Positions 34,861-43,743 of a DNA stretch of 49,541 nucleotides are shown here, piece by piece (the stretch's first letter is position 1; each line of letters opens with the position of its first letter). The notes beneath the pieces are model-generated. The model ran no database searches. It saw only the letters and a program-made list of their open reading frames with translations, and was not told the DNA's origin. Source of the stretch: Clostridia bacterium (GTDB lineage Bacteria > Bacillota > Clostridia > Oscillospirales > CAG-272); contig JAFULU010000283.1 in the NCBI GenBank assembly GCA_017483125.1, forward strand, positions 1 through 49,541, in the 5' to 3' direction. The position numbers and the translations under genes are program-made.

Positions 34861-36135
34861 TTATGCTCGCAGAGCCTGATCCAGATCGGCCAGGATGTCC
34901 TCGATGTTCTCGATGCCGATGGAGAGGCGGACCTGCTCGGGCTTGACTCCGCAGGCGTTGAGCTGCTCCTCGGTGAGCTGGCGGTGGGTGGTGGAGGCGG
35001 GATGGAGGGCGCAGGAGCGGGCGTCGGCCACGTGGACCACGATGTTCAGGAGCTTGAGGTTATCCAGGAACTTGGTGGCGGCGGCGCGGCCTCCCTTGAT
35101 ACCCACGGAAATGACGCCGCAGGCACCCTTGGGCAGGTACTTCTTGGCCAGGTCGTACTGGGAGTTGCCGGGGAGCAGGGGGTAGTCCACCCAATCCACG
35201 CACTCGTGGTTCTGGAGGAACTCGGCCACGGCCAGGGCGTTGGCGCAGTGGCGCTCCATGCGGAGGGCCAGGGTCTCCAGGCCGAGGTTGAGCAGGAAGG
35301 CGGCCATGGGGGACATGGTGTTGCCCATGTCGCGGAGCATCTGGACTCTTGCCTTGGTGACGTAGGCGGCGGGGCCGAAGGACTCGGTGTAGACCACGCC
35401 GTGGTAGGAGTCGTCGGGGGTGGTCAGCTCGGGGTAGCGACCGCCTACAGACCAGTCGAACTTACCGCTGTCCACGATACAGCCGCCCACCACGGTGGCG
35501 TGGCCGTCCATGTACTTGGTGGTGGAGTGGGTGACGATGTCACAGCCGTACTCAAAGGGACGGCAGAGGACGGGGGTGGCGAAGGTGTTGTCCACCACCA
35601 GGGGCATATTATGCTTGTGCGCCAGCTTGGCGTATCTTTCGATATCAAAGACCACCAGGGCGGGGTTGGCCACGGTCTCGCCGAAGAGCAGGCGGGTGTT
35701 CTCGTCCATCATGGCCTCGATTTCCTCGTCGGTCATGTCGGGGGTGGCGAAGCGCACCTCAATGCCCATCTTCTTCAGGGTGACGGCGAAGAGGTTGACG
35801 GTGCCGCCGTAGATGGAGGCCAGGGAGATGATGTTCTGGCCCGCGGAGGTGATGTTCAGCACGGCGGTGAGGTTAGCGGCCTGGCCCGAGGAGACCAGCA
35901 TGGCACCCACGCCGCCCTCCATCTCGGCGATCTTGGCTTCGACACAGGCGAGGGTGGGGTTGGAGATGCGGGAGTACATATGGCCGTCAGCCTTCAGGTC
36001 GAAGAGGTCGCCCAGATGATCGGCGGAGTCGTACTTGTAGGTGGTGCTCTGGTAGATGGGCAGGGTGCGGGGCTCGCTGTTGCCGGGCTTGTAGCCGCCC
36101 TGTACGCAGATGGTATCAAGCTTGTAGTTGGACAT
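34861..36135 (-). CDS. metY: O-acetylhomoserine aminocarboxypropyltransferase (sulfhydrylase)
   Basis: 424 aa of the Cys/Met-metabolism PLP family (HSTTKYMDGH contains the PLP lysine). The N-terminus (…ICVQGGYKPGNSEPR…) is typical of MetY. Confidence 0.88.
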   Translation of the reverse strand: MSNYKLDTICVQGGYKPGNSEPRTLPIYQSTTYKYDSADHLGDLFDLKADGHMYSRISNPTLACVEAKIAEMEGGVGAMLVSSGQAANLTAVLNITSAGQNIISLASIYGGTVNLFAVTLKKMGIEVRFATPDMTDEEIEAMMDENTRLLFGETVANPALVVFDIERYAKLAHKHNMPLVVDNTFATPVLCRPFEYGCDIVTHSTTKYMDGHATVVGGCIVDSGKFDWSVGGRYPELTTPDDSYHGVVYTESFGPAAYVTKARVQMLRDMGNTMSPMAAFLLNLGLETLALRMERHCANALAVAEFLQNHECVDWVDYPLLPGNSQYDLAKKYLPKGACGVISVGIKGGRAAATKFLDNLKLLNIVVHVADARSCALHPASTTHRQLTEEQLNACGVKPEQVRLSIGIENIEDILADLDQALRA

Positions 36136-36177
36136 GGTATTTATCTCCTATTTTTGATGGAATTCGGTTTTGGGGTA

Positions 36178-37644
36178 TCAATCGTCCCAGCCGCGGAGCT
36201 TACCGCACTTGTGGAACACGCGGTCGCCTTGGGTCTTGACCCCCTCGGCGGTGAGGGTGGTGAGGGAAAGGCAACCCGCGAAGCAGGAATTGGGAAGGTG
36301 GTGCACGGTATCGGGGAGGGTGACGGTGGCCAGGGAGAGGCAGTTCATGAAGGTCTGCATTCCCAGCTTGGTCAGGCTCTTACCCCCCGTGAAGCTCCGC
36401 ATACGGATGCAACCGTGGAAGGCATCGTCACCGATCTCGGTCACGCTGTCGGGGAGGGTCATGGCGGTCAGCCGCTCACAGCCGTAGAAGGCGCGGCGGC
36501 CAATGGTGATCACCCCCTCGGGGAGGTGGATCTCACGGATCGAGGCGCACTCAAAGAAGGCGTTGGCGGGGATGGCGGTACAGCCCTCGGCAACCGTCAC
36601 GGTGATGAGGGTGGCGGGGAGGTAACCCGCGGTGAAGGTGTAGTGGGACGCGCCGAAAAGGTAGCCCAAATAGGCGGTGGACTCGGCGGGGTGGGTGGCA
36701 TCGCCGTTTTCAATGGCTTCCTTCTCCTCCTCGGTGAGGGGATAGTCAGGGGTACAGCCTCCCACGAAGGGGATGGTCAGGCTCTCCAGCTTACCGCAGC
36801 CTTCCAGCATACCCGCGCCCATATAGGTGACGGTGGCGGGGAGGGTGAGGCTCAACAGCTTGGCACAGCCCGCGAGGGCCCGCTCTCCCACGGTGGTGAG
36901 AGCCGTATGGACGGTGGGGATATAGGTCAGATTCTGACAGCCGTAGAAGGCGAAGTCACCGATCTCGGTGAGGGTCTCGGGGAGGGCGACGGCCTCCAGG
37001 CCTCGGCAGGCGTAGAAGGCGTAGTCGGGGACGGTCTCCCCTGCGGTGAGCACCAGGGTGGAGAGGGTGGCGGGGACGAAGCCGCCGTTGGTCTCGTGGG
37101 AGGTGGCACCGAAAAGGGCACCGAAGTAGGGGGCCTCCTCGCAGATGTAGACGGGAGTCTTCATGGAGGTGAGGCTTTGACAGCCCTCGAAGGCGGACTT
37201 ACCGATGGACTTGACGCTGTCGGGGATCAGGATGGCCTTGAGGTTACCCTTGCCCTTGAAGGCGTTCTCGGCAATGGCGGTGACGGGCTTGTCCTCAATG
37301 GTATCGGGGATGACCAGGATCAGCTCGCCGCCGTTGTAGCCCGTGACGGTGACGCCGTCCTCGGTGACCTCGTAGGTGAAGTCCGAGGCGGGGGCGGGGG
37401 AATTGTCCTCGGCAAGCTTATCCAGACGCTCGGCGTACTCGGCCGTATCGGTAGGGGTACGGTCATCGGTGAGGTCGGGGATGGTGACGGGGGGGAGGGT
37501 GACGGCCTCCTGGGTGTCGCTGTCCTCGGGGGTGTCCACCGAGGGGGTGTTGAAGCAGGCGGTGAGACTCAGAAGCAGGGTCAGGGCCAGCATGGCGGCC
37601 ACCGCCGAGCCGAAGCGGAAGGCGGCTTGGGGATGCTTTTTCAT
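36178..37644 (-). CDS. BspA-type leucine-rich-repeat lipoprotein
   Basis: MKKHPQ…LLLSLTAC contains a lipobox. Repeated …IPxxVTxIGxxAFxxCxxL… modules (LRR_5 type). ATG at 37644 with AAAGGAGGA upstream. Confidence 0.8.
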   Translation of the reverse strand: MKKHPQAAFRFGSAVAAMLALTLLLSLTACFNTPSVDTPEDSDTQEAVTLPPVTIPDLTDDRTPTDTAEYAERLDKLAEDNSPAPASDFTYEVTEDGVTVTGYNGGELILVIPDTIEDKPVTAIAENAFKGKGNLKAILIPDSVKSIGKSAFEGCQSLTSMKTPVYICEEAPYFGALFGATSHETNGGFVPATLSTLVLTAGETVPDYAFYACRGLEAVALPETLTEIGDFAFYGCQNLTYIPTVHTALTTVGERALAGCAKLLSLTLPATVTYMGAGMLEGCGKLESLTIPFVGGCTPDYPLTEEEKEAIENGDATHPAESTAYLGYLFGASHYTFTAGYLPATLITVTVAEGCTAIPANAFFECASIREIHLPEGVITIGRRAFYGCERLTAMTLPDSVTEIGDDAFHGCIRMRSFTGGKSLTKLGMQTFMNCLSLATVTLPDTVHHLPNSCFAGCLSLTTLTAEGVKTQGDRVFHKCGKLRGWDD

Positions 37645-37728
37645 GGTTTTTCCTCCTTTTGGAGTGTATGGGTGATACGGATCCGCCACCCTTGGAGGTG
37701 GGTTTCCGTCGAATGACTATTCCTTATT

Positions 37729-37757
37729 AGTATAGCACAAAATCGGTTGAAATGCAA
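37729..37757 (-). promoter_or_regulatory. sigma-A type promoter for the LRR lipoprotein gene (and possibly metY)
   Basis: Minus strand reads TTGCAT-ttcaaccgattttgtgc-TATACT (17-nt spacer, TGc extended -10). Confidence 0.6.
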
Positions 37758-37788
37758 GGGGTTTTCGGTTCTTGAACGAAATTTCGTG

Positions 37789-37818
37789 CAAAAAACCGCC
37801 ACCCTTTCGGATGGCGGT
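37789..37818 (-). terminator. intrinsic terminator ending the large-LRR operon
   Basis: Minus strand reads ACCGCCA-TCCGAAAGGG-TGGCGGT followed by TTTTTTG. Confidence 0.85.
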
Positions 37819-37836
37819 CGGGTCGTATGGGGGTGA

Positions 37837-38142
37837 TCAGTCAAACTCCACCTTGGGAAGCTCAATGGTGCCACCCTCGGCGGTATCTTCATCGGCAGAC
37901 TCGGCCGTGGACTCCTCGGGACGGTCCTGCGGGGTGTCGGCTGTGGTTTCGGTCACATCGATCTCTCCATCGGCAGGTGCGGAGGTCTCGGTATCCGCTC
38001 CGTCATGGGTAGCCGTCGAGGCATCCGACTCCACAGAGGTTGTGACCGCCTCATCTACCGAGGGGACGTCTTGACGGTCGCAAGCGCAGAGAAACGTCAG
38101 AAGCAGGCATAGAATCGCCGCTCCGAGCAAGACCTTACGCAT
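37837..38142 (-). CDS. small, highly acidic putative lipoprotein
   Basis: MRKVLLGAAILCLLLTFLCAC signal, followed by a D/E/T-rich tail. The ATG at 38142 overlaps the stop of the upstream 46-aa ORF (ATGCGTAA), which supports this start over the ORF-track start at 38190. Confidence 0.6.
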   Translation of the reverse strand: MRKVLLGAAILCLLLTFLCACDRQDVPSVDEAVTTSVESDASTATHDGADTETSAPADGEIDVTETTADTPQDRPEESTAESADEDTAEGGTIELPKVEFD

Positions 38143-38275
38143 TATCGAAGTTGTCGTCTTCTCCATCGAATTCATCCCCGCTGTATGCAATATTCTCGTT
38201 CACACGAAGAGCAAGAAGATCGGCTTCGGGCTTCACGTAGGGGCGACGTTCGGTTTGATTCAGATTCTTTTCCAT
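38135..38275 (-). CDS. unannotated 46-aa ORF (MEKNLNQTERRPYVKPEADLLALRVNENIAYSGDEFDGEDDNFDNA)
   Basis: AAGGAG lies 7 nt upstream of the ATG at 38275, immediately after the large LRR gene stop. Its stop overlaps the next gene's start. It is below the ORF-track length cutoff. Confidence 0.5.
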   Translation of the reverse strand: MEKNLNQTERRPYVKPEADLLALRVNENIAYSGDEFDGEDDNFDNA

Positions 38276-38286
38276 GATATACTCCT

Positions 38287-41200
38287 TTACTGTTCTTGTT
38301 TGTAGGCAATGGCAGAGCGGCCGTAGGCGTAGAGGGCTCTGACCAGCGCGGCCATTTCGGTATTCTCGCTGTTCTGCTTGGCGTAGACGTAGGACCTCAC
38401 GCTATAGGTCAGGGTCTGGATCACCTCACCATCCACCGAAAGCTCGGCGGTGAATACCTTGTCGAACTCGGTGGCGTAGATGGGATCGGTGTAGAGGATG
38501 TAGGTGTCCGTCGTATCCTCCACGAGAGTCAGAGCCGCGGCGGTATAGGTTTTACCGTTCACGGTCAGAGTTACGCCCGTAAGGTCAGCGGCCTTGACCT
38601 TGAAGTAGAGGCGGTTAACGTGGCCGAAGCGTACGCCCGCGGAGGTGAAGCGAATGTCATCGCGGGTCTTGTCCGACAGGGTAAAGTCGGTGTCGGTCAC
38701 GGCCTCCCACTCGGAGGGAGCGGCCGCGAAGCCCTCGCTGACGGGGGTGTCCACGTTGAAGCCGGTGTAGTCCTGGGCGGCGTCGCCGTAGACCAGGAGG
38801 TCGGCCAGGAGGGTGGCCAGGGCCTTGTTATCGGGGTTGGCGGCCAGGGCGTCGTCGCAGTACTGACGGACGGAGTAGGACGCCTTGGCATCCACCACCA
38901 GCTCGGTGCCATCCTCCAAGGTCAGAATCAGCTCGGCCTTGATATTCTCACCCATGCACTGGGGAGCGATGCCCGTCAGGGAGAAGACGTACTCGCCCTC
39001 GGTCTCGGCGGGCACACCCGTGACGTACTCGGTCTTGCCGCGATAGGTGAAGCGCATGGCGGGAGTGCCGTAGGAGGGGTCGGCCTTGGCGTAGTAGTTC
39101 ATGGTAAGGGAGGTGCCCAGGGTGAGGGAGGCGGAGGTGAGGTCGAAGTAGTCATCCAAAAAGTGGAATGTAGCGCAAAGCAGTTCGTCATTTTCTTCGG
39201 ATATAGTCACTCTTCGCCACTCGTTTTTAGTGGCACCAAAATGAACATCAGTAAGGCTTTCACATCCCGCAAAAGCATAGGGTTCAATACTCGTCACGCT
39301 ATGAGGAATCGTAATGCTAGTCAAACTACTGCAATTGTTGAACGTGTAATGGTTAATACTTTTTAGTCCTTTAGGTATGGTAACGCTTGCCAAACTACTA
39401 CAATTTCTAAATGCACTAATCCCGATATACTTTACCCCATCAGGAATCACAATATCTGTCAAACTCTCACAATCACAGAACGCAGAATCGCCAATACTGG
39501 TCACACTTTTCGGAATAGTGATGGTTTCTAAGCTTCCGCAACCGTTGAATGTGGACTCTCCAATGTTTGTCACTCCTTCGGGAATAGTAAAACTCTTCAG
39601 ATTTACGCAACCGCTGAAAGCAGTATCACCAATACTCTTCACGCCTGCAGGAATGACGATGCTCGTCAATTCCTTACAAGCCAAAAAAGCCTTGCTTCCG
39701 ATACTTATCACACTTTCGGGAATGACAATACTCGTCATTTTTTCACGAGCATAGAATGCATAATCACCAATGTTTGTTACGCTTCCATCCACCGGAATAG
39801 TACTGTTATAGCAACCGGCAACTAGCGTTTTGCTTGCTGTCTCAATCAAGCAATTGCCAGCACTGTGGTAGACTGGATTTCCTTCCGCAACTGTAATTTG
39901 ACTCAAATTAGAACAACCCAAAGCATAACTGCTAATGTACACCACTTCTTTGGGAATATGGATTTTTGTTAGATTACGGCAAGCCTGAAATGCATAATCA
40001 CCTATGCTTATCACGCACTCGGGAATAGATATACTCGATAAATAATAACACCCGTAAAAAGCATAGTCACCGATATGTATCACGCTCCCATCCTTAGGAA
40101 TGATACTATTTCTACAACCTGCAATTATTGTTTTGGAAGTTGTATCAATCAGACAATTTCCACGACTGTAATATCTAATATTACCATCCGCAACCGTAAT
40201 CTGTCTTAAGTTGTAACAAAAACCAAACGCAGAATTACCGATGCTATTGACATTTTGGGGAATATATATGCTTGTGACTTTCACACAACTCTCAAATGCG
40301 CCTTCTCCAATGCTCGTCACATTTTCAGGAATATTAATGCTTGTTAAACCACGGCAGCAGTTGAATGCGTAATCACCAATGCTCGTCACATTTTCGGGAA
40401 TGGTAAAACTCGTTAAGCCATAGCAATCAGCAAGTAAATGATCTTCAATTCTCGTTAAGCCAGTTGGAAGATGGACGGTGCGGAGACTCTTGCACCCCGA
40501 AAATGCGGAACTGCCAATTTTTGTCACACTTTCAGGAATACCAATATACGTCAAACTTTCGCAACTTGAGAATGCACCCGCACCAATGCTCGTCACTCCT
40601 TCGGGAATATGAATGCTTTTCAGATTTCTGCATATCCAAAATGTGCAATCATCAATCTTCGTTACATTTTCGGGAATAACAACACTCACCAAACTGCTGC
40701 AATTGTAGAATGCATACATTCCAATATTCGTAACGCTTTGAGGGATCGAAATATTCGTTAGGCTATCACAATCGAAGAATGCCCAATCAGCTATGCCAAC
40801 CGTATCCTGACGAAATACCGCTTCAGTAATACCCGACACATAACCGACTACCCATTTATCCACATATTTTAACCCATTGTAAGTTTCAATCACCTTTGAA
40901 CATCCCTTAAACGCATCCTTCCCCATACTTATCACGCTATCTGGAATAACAACGCATATCAAATTATTGCAATCAGAGAATACTCCTGCACCGATACTTG
41001 TCACACCTTCTGGAATCGTGATGCTCGTGAGGCTACTGCAATTGTAGATTGCATAATTGCTAATGCTCGTTACGCTGTTGGGAATCGTGATGCTCGTGAG
41101 GCTACTGCGGTAAGAGAATGCAGCATAACCAATGCTCGTCACCGCATCCCCCTCCGGGCTCGTCGGCGGGATATTCACCACGGTATCGGTACAGCTCCCG

Positions 41201-41379
41201 ATCCCGCTAACATAGCAAGTCCCGTCGCCGTTGGAGGTGAATTCCAACCCCTCCGAATAAACAGGCTCCTCCGCGCTCGCCATCACCGCGCCGATCAATG
41301 CGATCAACGCGATCAACGCCCCACAGATGCCCAGCCGCAAAAGCTGTTTCAATCGGACGTCTTTACTCTTTTTCGTCAT
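38287..41379 (-). CDS. large secreted BspA-type leucine-rich-repeat protein (about 1030 aa) with a non-LRR C-terminal region
   Basis: MTKKSKDVRLKQLL…IGAVMASA signal peptide. About 25 LRR_5 modules, then a roughly 290-aa GC-rich C-terminal region. ATG at 41379 with AGGAGG 9 nt upstream. Confidence 0.8.
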   Translation of the reverse strand: MTKKSKDVRLKQLLRLGICGALIALIALIGAVMASAEEPVYSEGLEFTSNGDGTCYVSGIGSCTDTVVNIPPTSPEGDAVTSIGYAAFSYRSSLTSITIPNSVTSISNYAIYNCSSLTSITIPEGVTSIGAGVFSDCNNLICVVIPDSVISMGKDAFKGCSKVIETYNGLKYVDKWVVGYVSGITEAVFRQDTVGIADWAFFDCDSLTNISIPQSVTNIGMYAFYNCSSLVSVVIPENVTKIDDCTFWICRNLKSIHIPEGVTSIGAGAFSSCESLTYIGIPESVTKIGSSAFSGCKSLRTVHLPTGLTRIEDHLLADCYGLTSFTIPENVTSIGDYAFNCCRGLTSINIPENVTSIGEGAFESCVKVTSIYIPQNVNSIGNSAFGFCYNLRQITVADGNIRYYSRGNCLIDTTSKTIIAGCRNSIIPKDGSVIHIGDYAFYGCYYLSSISIPECVISIGDYAFQACRNLTKIHIPKEVVYISSYALGCSNLSQITVAEGNPVYHSAGNCLIETASKTLVAGCYNSTIPVDGSVTNIGDYAFYAREKMTSIVIPESVISIGSKAFLACKELTSIVIPAGVKSIGDTAFSGCVNLKSFTIPEGVTNIGESTFNGCGSLETITIPKSVTSIGDSAFCDCESLTDIVIPDGVKYIGISAFRNCSSLASVTIPKGLKSINHYTFNNCSSLTSITIPHSVTSIEPYAFAGCESLTDVHFGATKNEWRRVTISEENDELLCATFHFLDDYFDLTSASLTLGTSLTMNYYAKADPSYGTPAMRFTYRGKTEYVTGVPAETEGEYVFSLTGIAPQCMGENIKAELILTLEDGTELVVDAKASYSVRQYCDDALAANPDNKALATLLADLLVYGDAAQDYTGFNVDTPVSEGFAAAPSEWEAVTDTDFTLSDKTRDDIRFTSAGVRFGHVNRLYFKVKAADLTGVTLTVNGKTYTAAALTLVEDTTDTYILYTDPIYATEFDKVFTAELSVDGEVIQTLTYSVRSYVYAKQNSENTEMAALVRALYAYGRSAIAYKQEQ

Positions 41380-41415
41380 TACTGTCAACCTCCTATGATA
41401 AAATTTGACAATCTT

Positions 41416-41444
41416 ATTATAGTACACTTTTACACTAAAGTCAA
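41416..41444 (-). promoter_or_regulatory. sigma-A type promoter for the large LRR operon
   Basis: Minus strand reads TTGACT-ttagtgtaaaagtgtac-TATAAT with a 17-nt spacer. It sits back-to-back with the XRE gene upstream region. Confidence 0.7.
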
Positions 41445-41501
41445 TAGGAATAGTAAATATTTGATATAATGAATTATAACCAAATTTTCGTAGGAGTTTT
41501 T

Positions 41502-41720
41502 ATGCACTACACCAAACGCCTCCGCGACCTCCGCGAGGATCACGACAAAACCCAACAGCAGATCGCCGACGTCCTCGGCACCTCCCAGACCATGTACGCC
41601 CGCTACGAACGCGGGGCCAACGAGCTGCCCATCCGCCATCTGCTGACCCTCTGCGGCTACTACGGTGTCTCCGCCGATTACATACTCGGCCGCACCGACA
41701 ACCCCAAGACGAACAGATAA
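41502..41720 (+). CDS. small XRE-family HTH transcriptional regulator (72 aa)
   Basis: MHYTKRLRDLREDHDKTQQQIADVLGTSQTMYARYERGANELPIRHLLTLCGYYGVSADYILGRTD is a Cro/C1-type HTH. TAGGAG RBS before the ATG at 41502. Confidence 0.85.
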   Translation: MHYTKRLRDLREDHDKTQQQIADVLGTSQTMYARYERGANELPIRHLLTLCGYYGVSADYILGRTDNPKTNR

Positions 41721-41758
41721 CCGCCCGTGTCACGGTCACGCAGGCGGTTTTTGTTTTG
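41719..41758 (+). terminator. intrinsic terminator after the XRE gene
   Basis: AACCGCC…GGCGGTT followed by TTTTGTTTT. Confidence 0.7.
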
Positions 41759-41764
41759 CCCAAT

Positions 41765-41814
41765 ATCAAAAAAGCACGCAGACTCTCCTTTCGGAAAACC
41801 TGCGTGCTTTTCAG
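41765..41814 (-). terminator. strong hairpin terminator, probably ending the rny transcript (works on both strands)
   Basis: AAAGCACGCAG-18 nt-CTGCGTGCTTT flanked by A- and T-runs. It lies about 190 nt downstream of the rny stop. Confidence 0.7.
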
Positions 41815-42002
41815 TTCGCTTTATACCAAACCGCTTTTGGGGTACTTGTGTGGAGTACTGCCTTAGCGGCGATCATGGACAGGGGGGTTTTATGTTCACT
41901 GTATGGAAACCGCATTTGGCTGTGCGGACAACAGCACCCGTATCTGTAATACGATAAAGCTGGTCCCTCCGGGGGACTGGGTGATTCCGTGGGCCGCTTT
42001 GA

Positions 42003-43553
42003 TTACTTGGCGTAATCGGTGGCGCGGCTCTCGCGGATAAGGTTGATCTTGATCTGGCCGGGGTACTTGACCTCTTCCTGGATCTTCTGGGCCATCTGAC
42101 GGGCGATGAGGGGCATATCCTCGTCGTGGACCGTATCGGGCTTGACCATCACGCGCAGCTCGCGGCCGGCCTGAATGGCAAATGCTTTCTCGATGCCTGT
42201 GAAGCCCTCGGCGATCTCCTCCAGCTTCTCCAGACGCTTGATGTAGTTCTCCATGTCCTCGCGGCGTGCACCGGGACGGGCGGCCGAAATGGCGTCGGCG
42301 GCCTGAACCAGAACGGCAATGACGGTCTGGGGCTCTACGTCTCCGTGGTGGGCCTCGATGGCGTGCACCACGTCACGGCCCTCCTTGTACTTCTTGGCGG
42401 CATTGACGCCGATCTGCACGTGAGAGCCCTCCACGTCGTAGGGGAAAGCCTTACCGATGTCGTGCAGAAGTCCTGCTCTGCGAGCAAGGACGGGATCCAC
42501 GCCCAGCTCCTCCGCCATGATACCGGCCAGGATGGCCACCTCGATGGAGTGCTGGAGTACGTTCTGACCGTAGCTCGTGCGGTAGCGCAGACGGCCCAAG
42601 AGACGAACCAGATCAGGGTTAATGCCATGGATGTTGACTTCAAAGGTTGCGCGCTCGCCCGCCTGCTTGATGGCGGCGTCCACGTCCTTCTTGGCCTTCT
42701 CCACCATCTCCTCAATGCGGGTAGGATGGATACGGCCGTCCGAAATGAGCTTCTCCAGAGCCAGTCTCGCCACCTCGCGGCGGATGGGGTCGAAGCCCGA
42801 AATGGTGATGACCTCGGGGGTATCGTCAATGATGAGCTCCACGCCCGTCAGGGTCTCCAGCTTCTGGATGTTGCGTCCCTCGCGGCCGATGATGCGGCCC
42901 TTCATCTCCTCGCTGGGCAGTGCCACAGAGGAAATGGTGGACTCGGCAACGAAATCACCCGCGCAACGCTGAATGGCCAGAGCCATGATGCGGCAGGCCT
43001 TATCGTCGGCCTCCTCACGGTACTGCTCCTCCAGCTCGGCAATGCGCTGTGCCTGCTCGTGGCGGATCTCCTCCTCCAGCTCGGACACCAGCTCTGCCTT
43101 GGCCTGCTCGGCGGTATAGCCCGAAACCTTCTCCAGCATGAGCTTCTGCTCCTCCAGAGCGGCGTCGATCTGCTCTCTGACTACGTCGCAGTCCTTGAGC
43201 TTCTTGTCCAGCTGCTCGTTCTTCTTGTCCAGTTGCTCGCTCTTCTTGTCCAGATTCTCTTCCTTCTTGGAGAGGCGGGACTCGGTGCGGGACACCTCGG
43301 CGCGGCGCTCCTTGATCTCCTGCTCCATGTCGTTCTTCTGGCGCATGATCTCTTCCTTGGCAGAGAGAAGAGCTTCCTTCTTCAGGGTCTCGGCCTGCTT
43401 GGTGCCTTCCTCGACCAGCTCCTTCGCCTTCTGCTCGGCGGTGCCGATCTTGGCCTCGGCCACGTGCTTGCGGTAGAGAATACCCACCAGAGCACCCACA
43501 GCCAGACAGACGATACCGACGATCACCACGATCAGAATTTCAATCGGTTCCAT
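42003..43553 (-). CDS. rny: ribonuclease Y
   Basis: N-terminal TM helix ([27 protein letters not shown]), coiled-coil region, KH domain ([11 protein letters not shown]) and HD domain (LLHDIGK). ATG at 43553 with AAAAGGAGGTG upstream. Confidence 0.93.
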   Translation of the reverse strand: MEPIEILIVVIVGIVCLAVGALVGILYRKHVAEAKIGTAEQKAKELVEEGTKQAETLKKEALLSAKEEIMRQKNDMEQEIKERRAEVSRTESRLSKKEENLDKKSEQLDKKNEQLDKKLKDCDVVREQIDAALEEQKLMLEKVSGYTAEQAKAELVSELEEEIRHEQAQRIAELEEQYREEADDKACRIMALAIQRCAGDFVAESTISSVALPSEEMKGRIIGREGRNIQKLETLTGVELIIDDTPEVITISGFDPIRREVARLALEKLISDGRIHPTRIEEMVEKAKKDVDAAIKQAGERATFEVNIHGINPDLVRLLGRLRYRTSYGQNVLQHSIEVAILAGIMAEELGVDPVLARRAGLLHDIGKAFPYDVEGSHVQIGVNAAKKYKEGRDVVHAIEAHHGDVEPQTVIAVLVQAADAISAARPGARREDMENYIKRLEKLEEIAEGFTGIEKAFAIQAGRELRVMVKPDTVHDEDMPLIARQMAQKIQEEVKYPGQIKINLIRESRATDYAK

Positions 43554-43631
43554 GTTTATACACCTCCTTTTCCTAAAAAATAAAATCAGAAGCCCCGCCC
43601 GTTCCGTAAAAGGCAGGCAGGGCCACATAAT

Positions 43632-43660
43632 ATTATACACAAAATTCGTTAAATTGTCAA
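43632..43660 (-). promoter_or_regulatory. sigma-A type promoter for rny
   Basis: Minus strand reads TTGACA-atttaacgaattttgtg-TATAAT with a 17-nt spacer. Confidence 0.7.
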
Positions 43661-43743
43661 GGGATTTTATGGTCTTACGGTACTAAACCGAGACAAATTT
43701 ATGAAATTTTATGCAAAGATTGGGAACAGAACCGTGATTTTCA

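Noticed and set aside
36136-36177. SAM-I (S-box) riboswitch or T-box leader upstream of metY (and at 34717-34860 upstream of metA)
   Set aside because: The spacers are too short (42 nt and 145 nt) and lack the conserved S-box or T-box cores.
34984-37716. 910-aa + strand ORF across metY and the LRR lipoprotein gene
   Set aside because: This is the same antisense-shadow pattern, Gly/Val/Asp/Glu-rich. The minus strand carries canonical MetY and BspA-LRR sequences.
41502-41720. Small XRE protein as the antitoxin of a toxin-antitoxin pair
   Set aside because: No adjacent small toxin ORF exists on either side. It is followed directly by terminators and faces the LRR operon, so a plain transcriptional regulator is more parsimonious.
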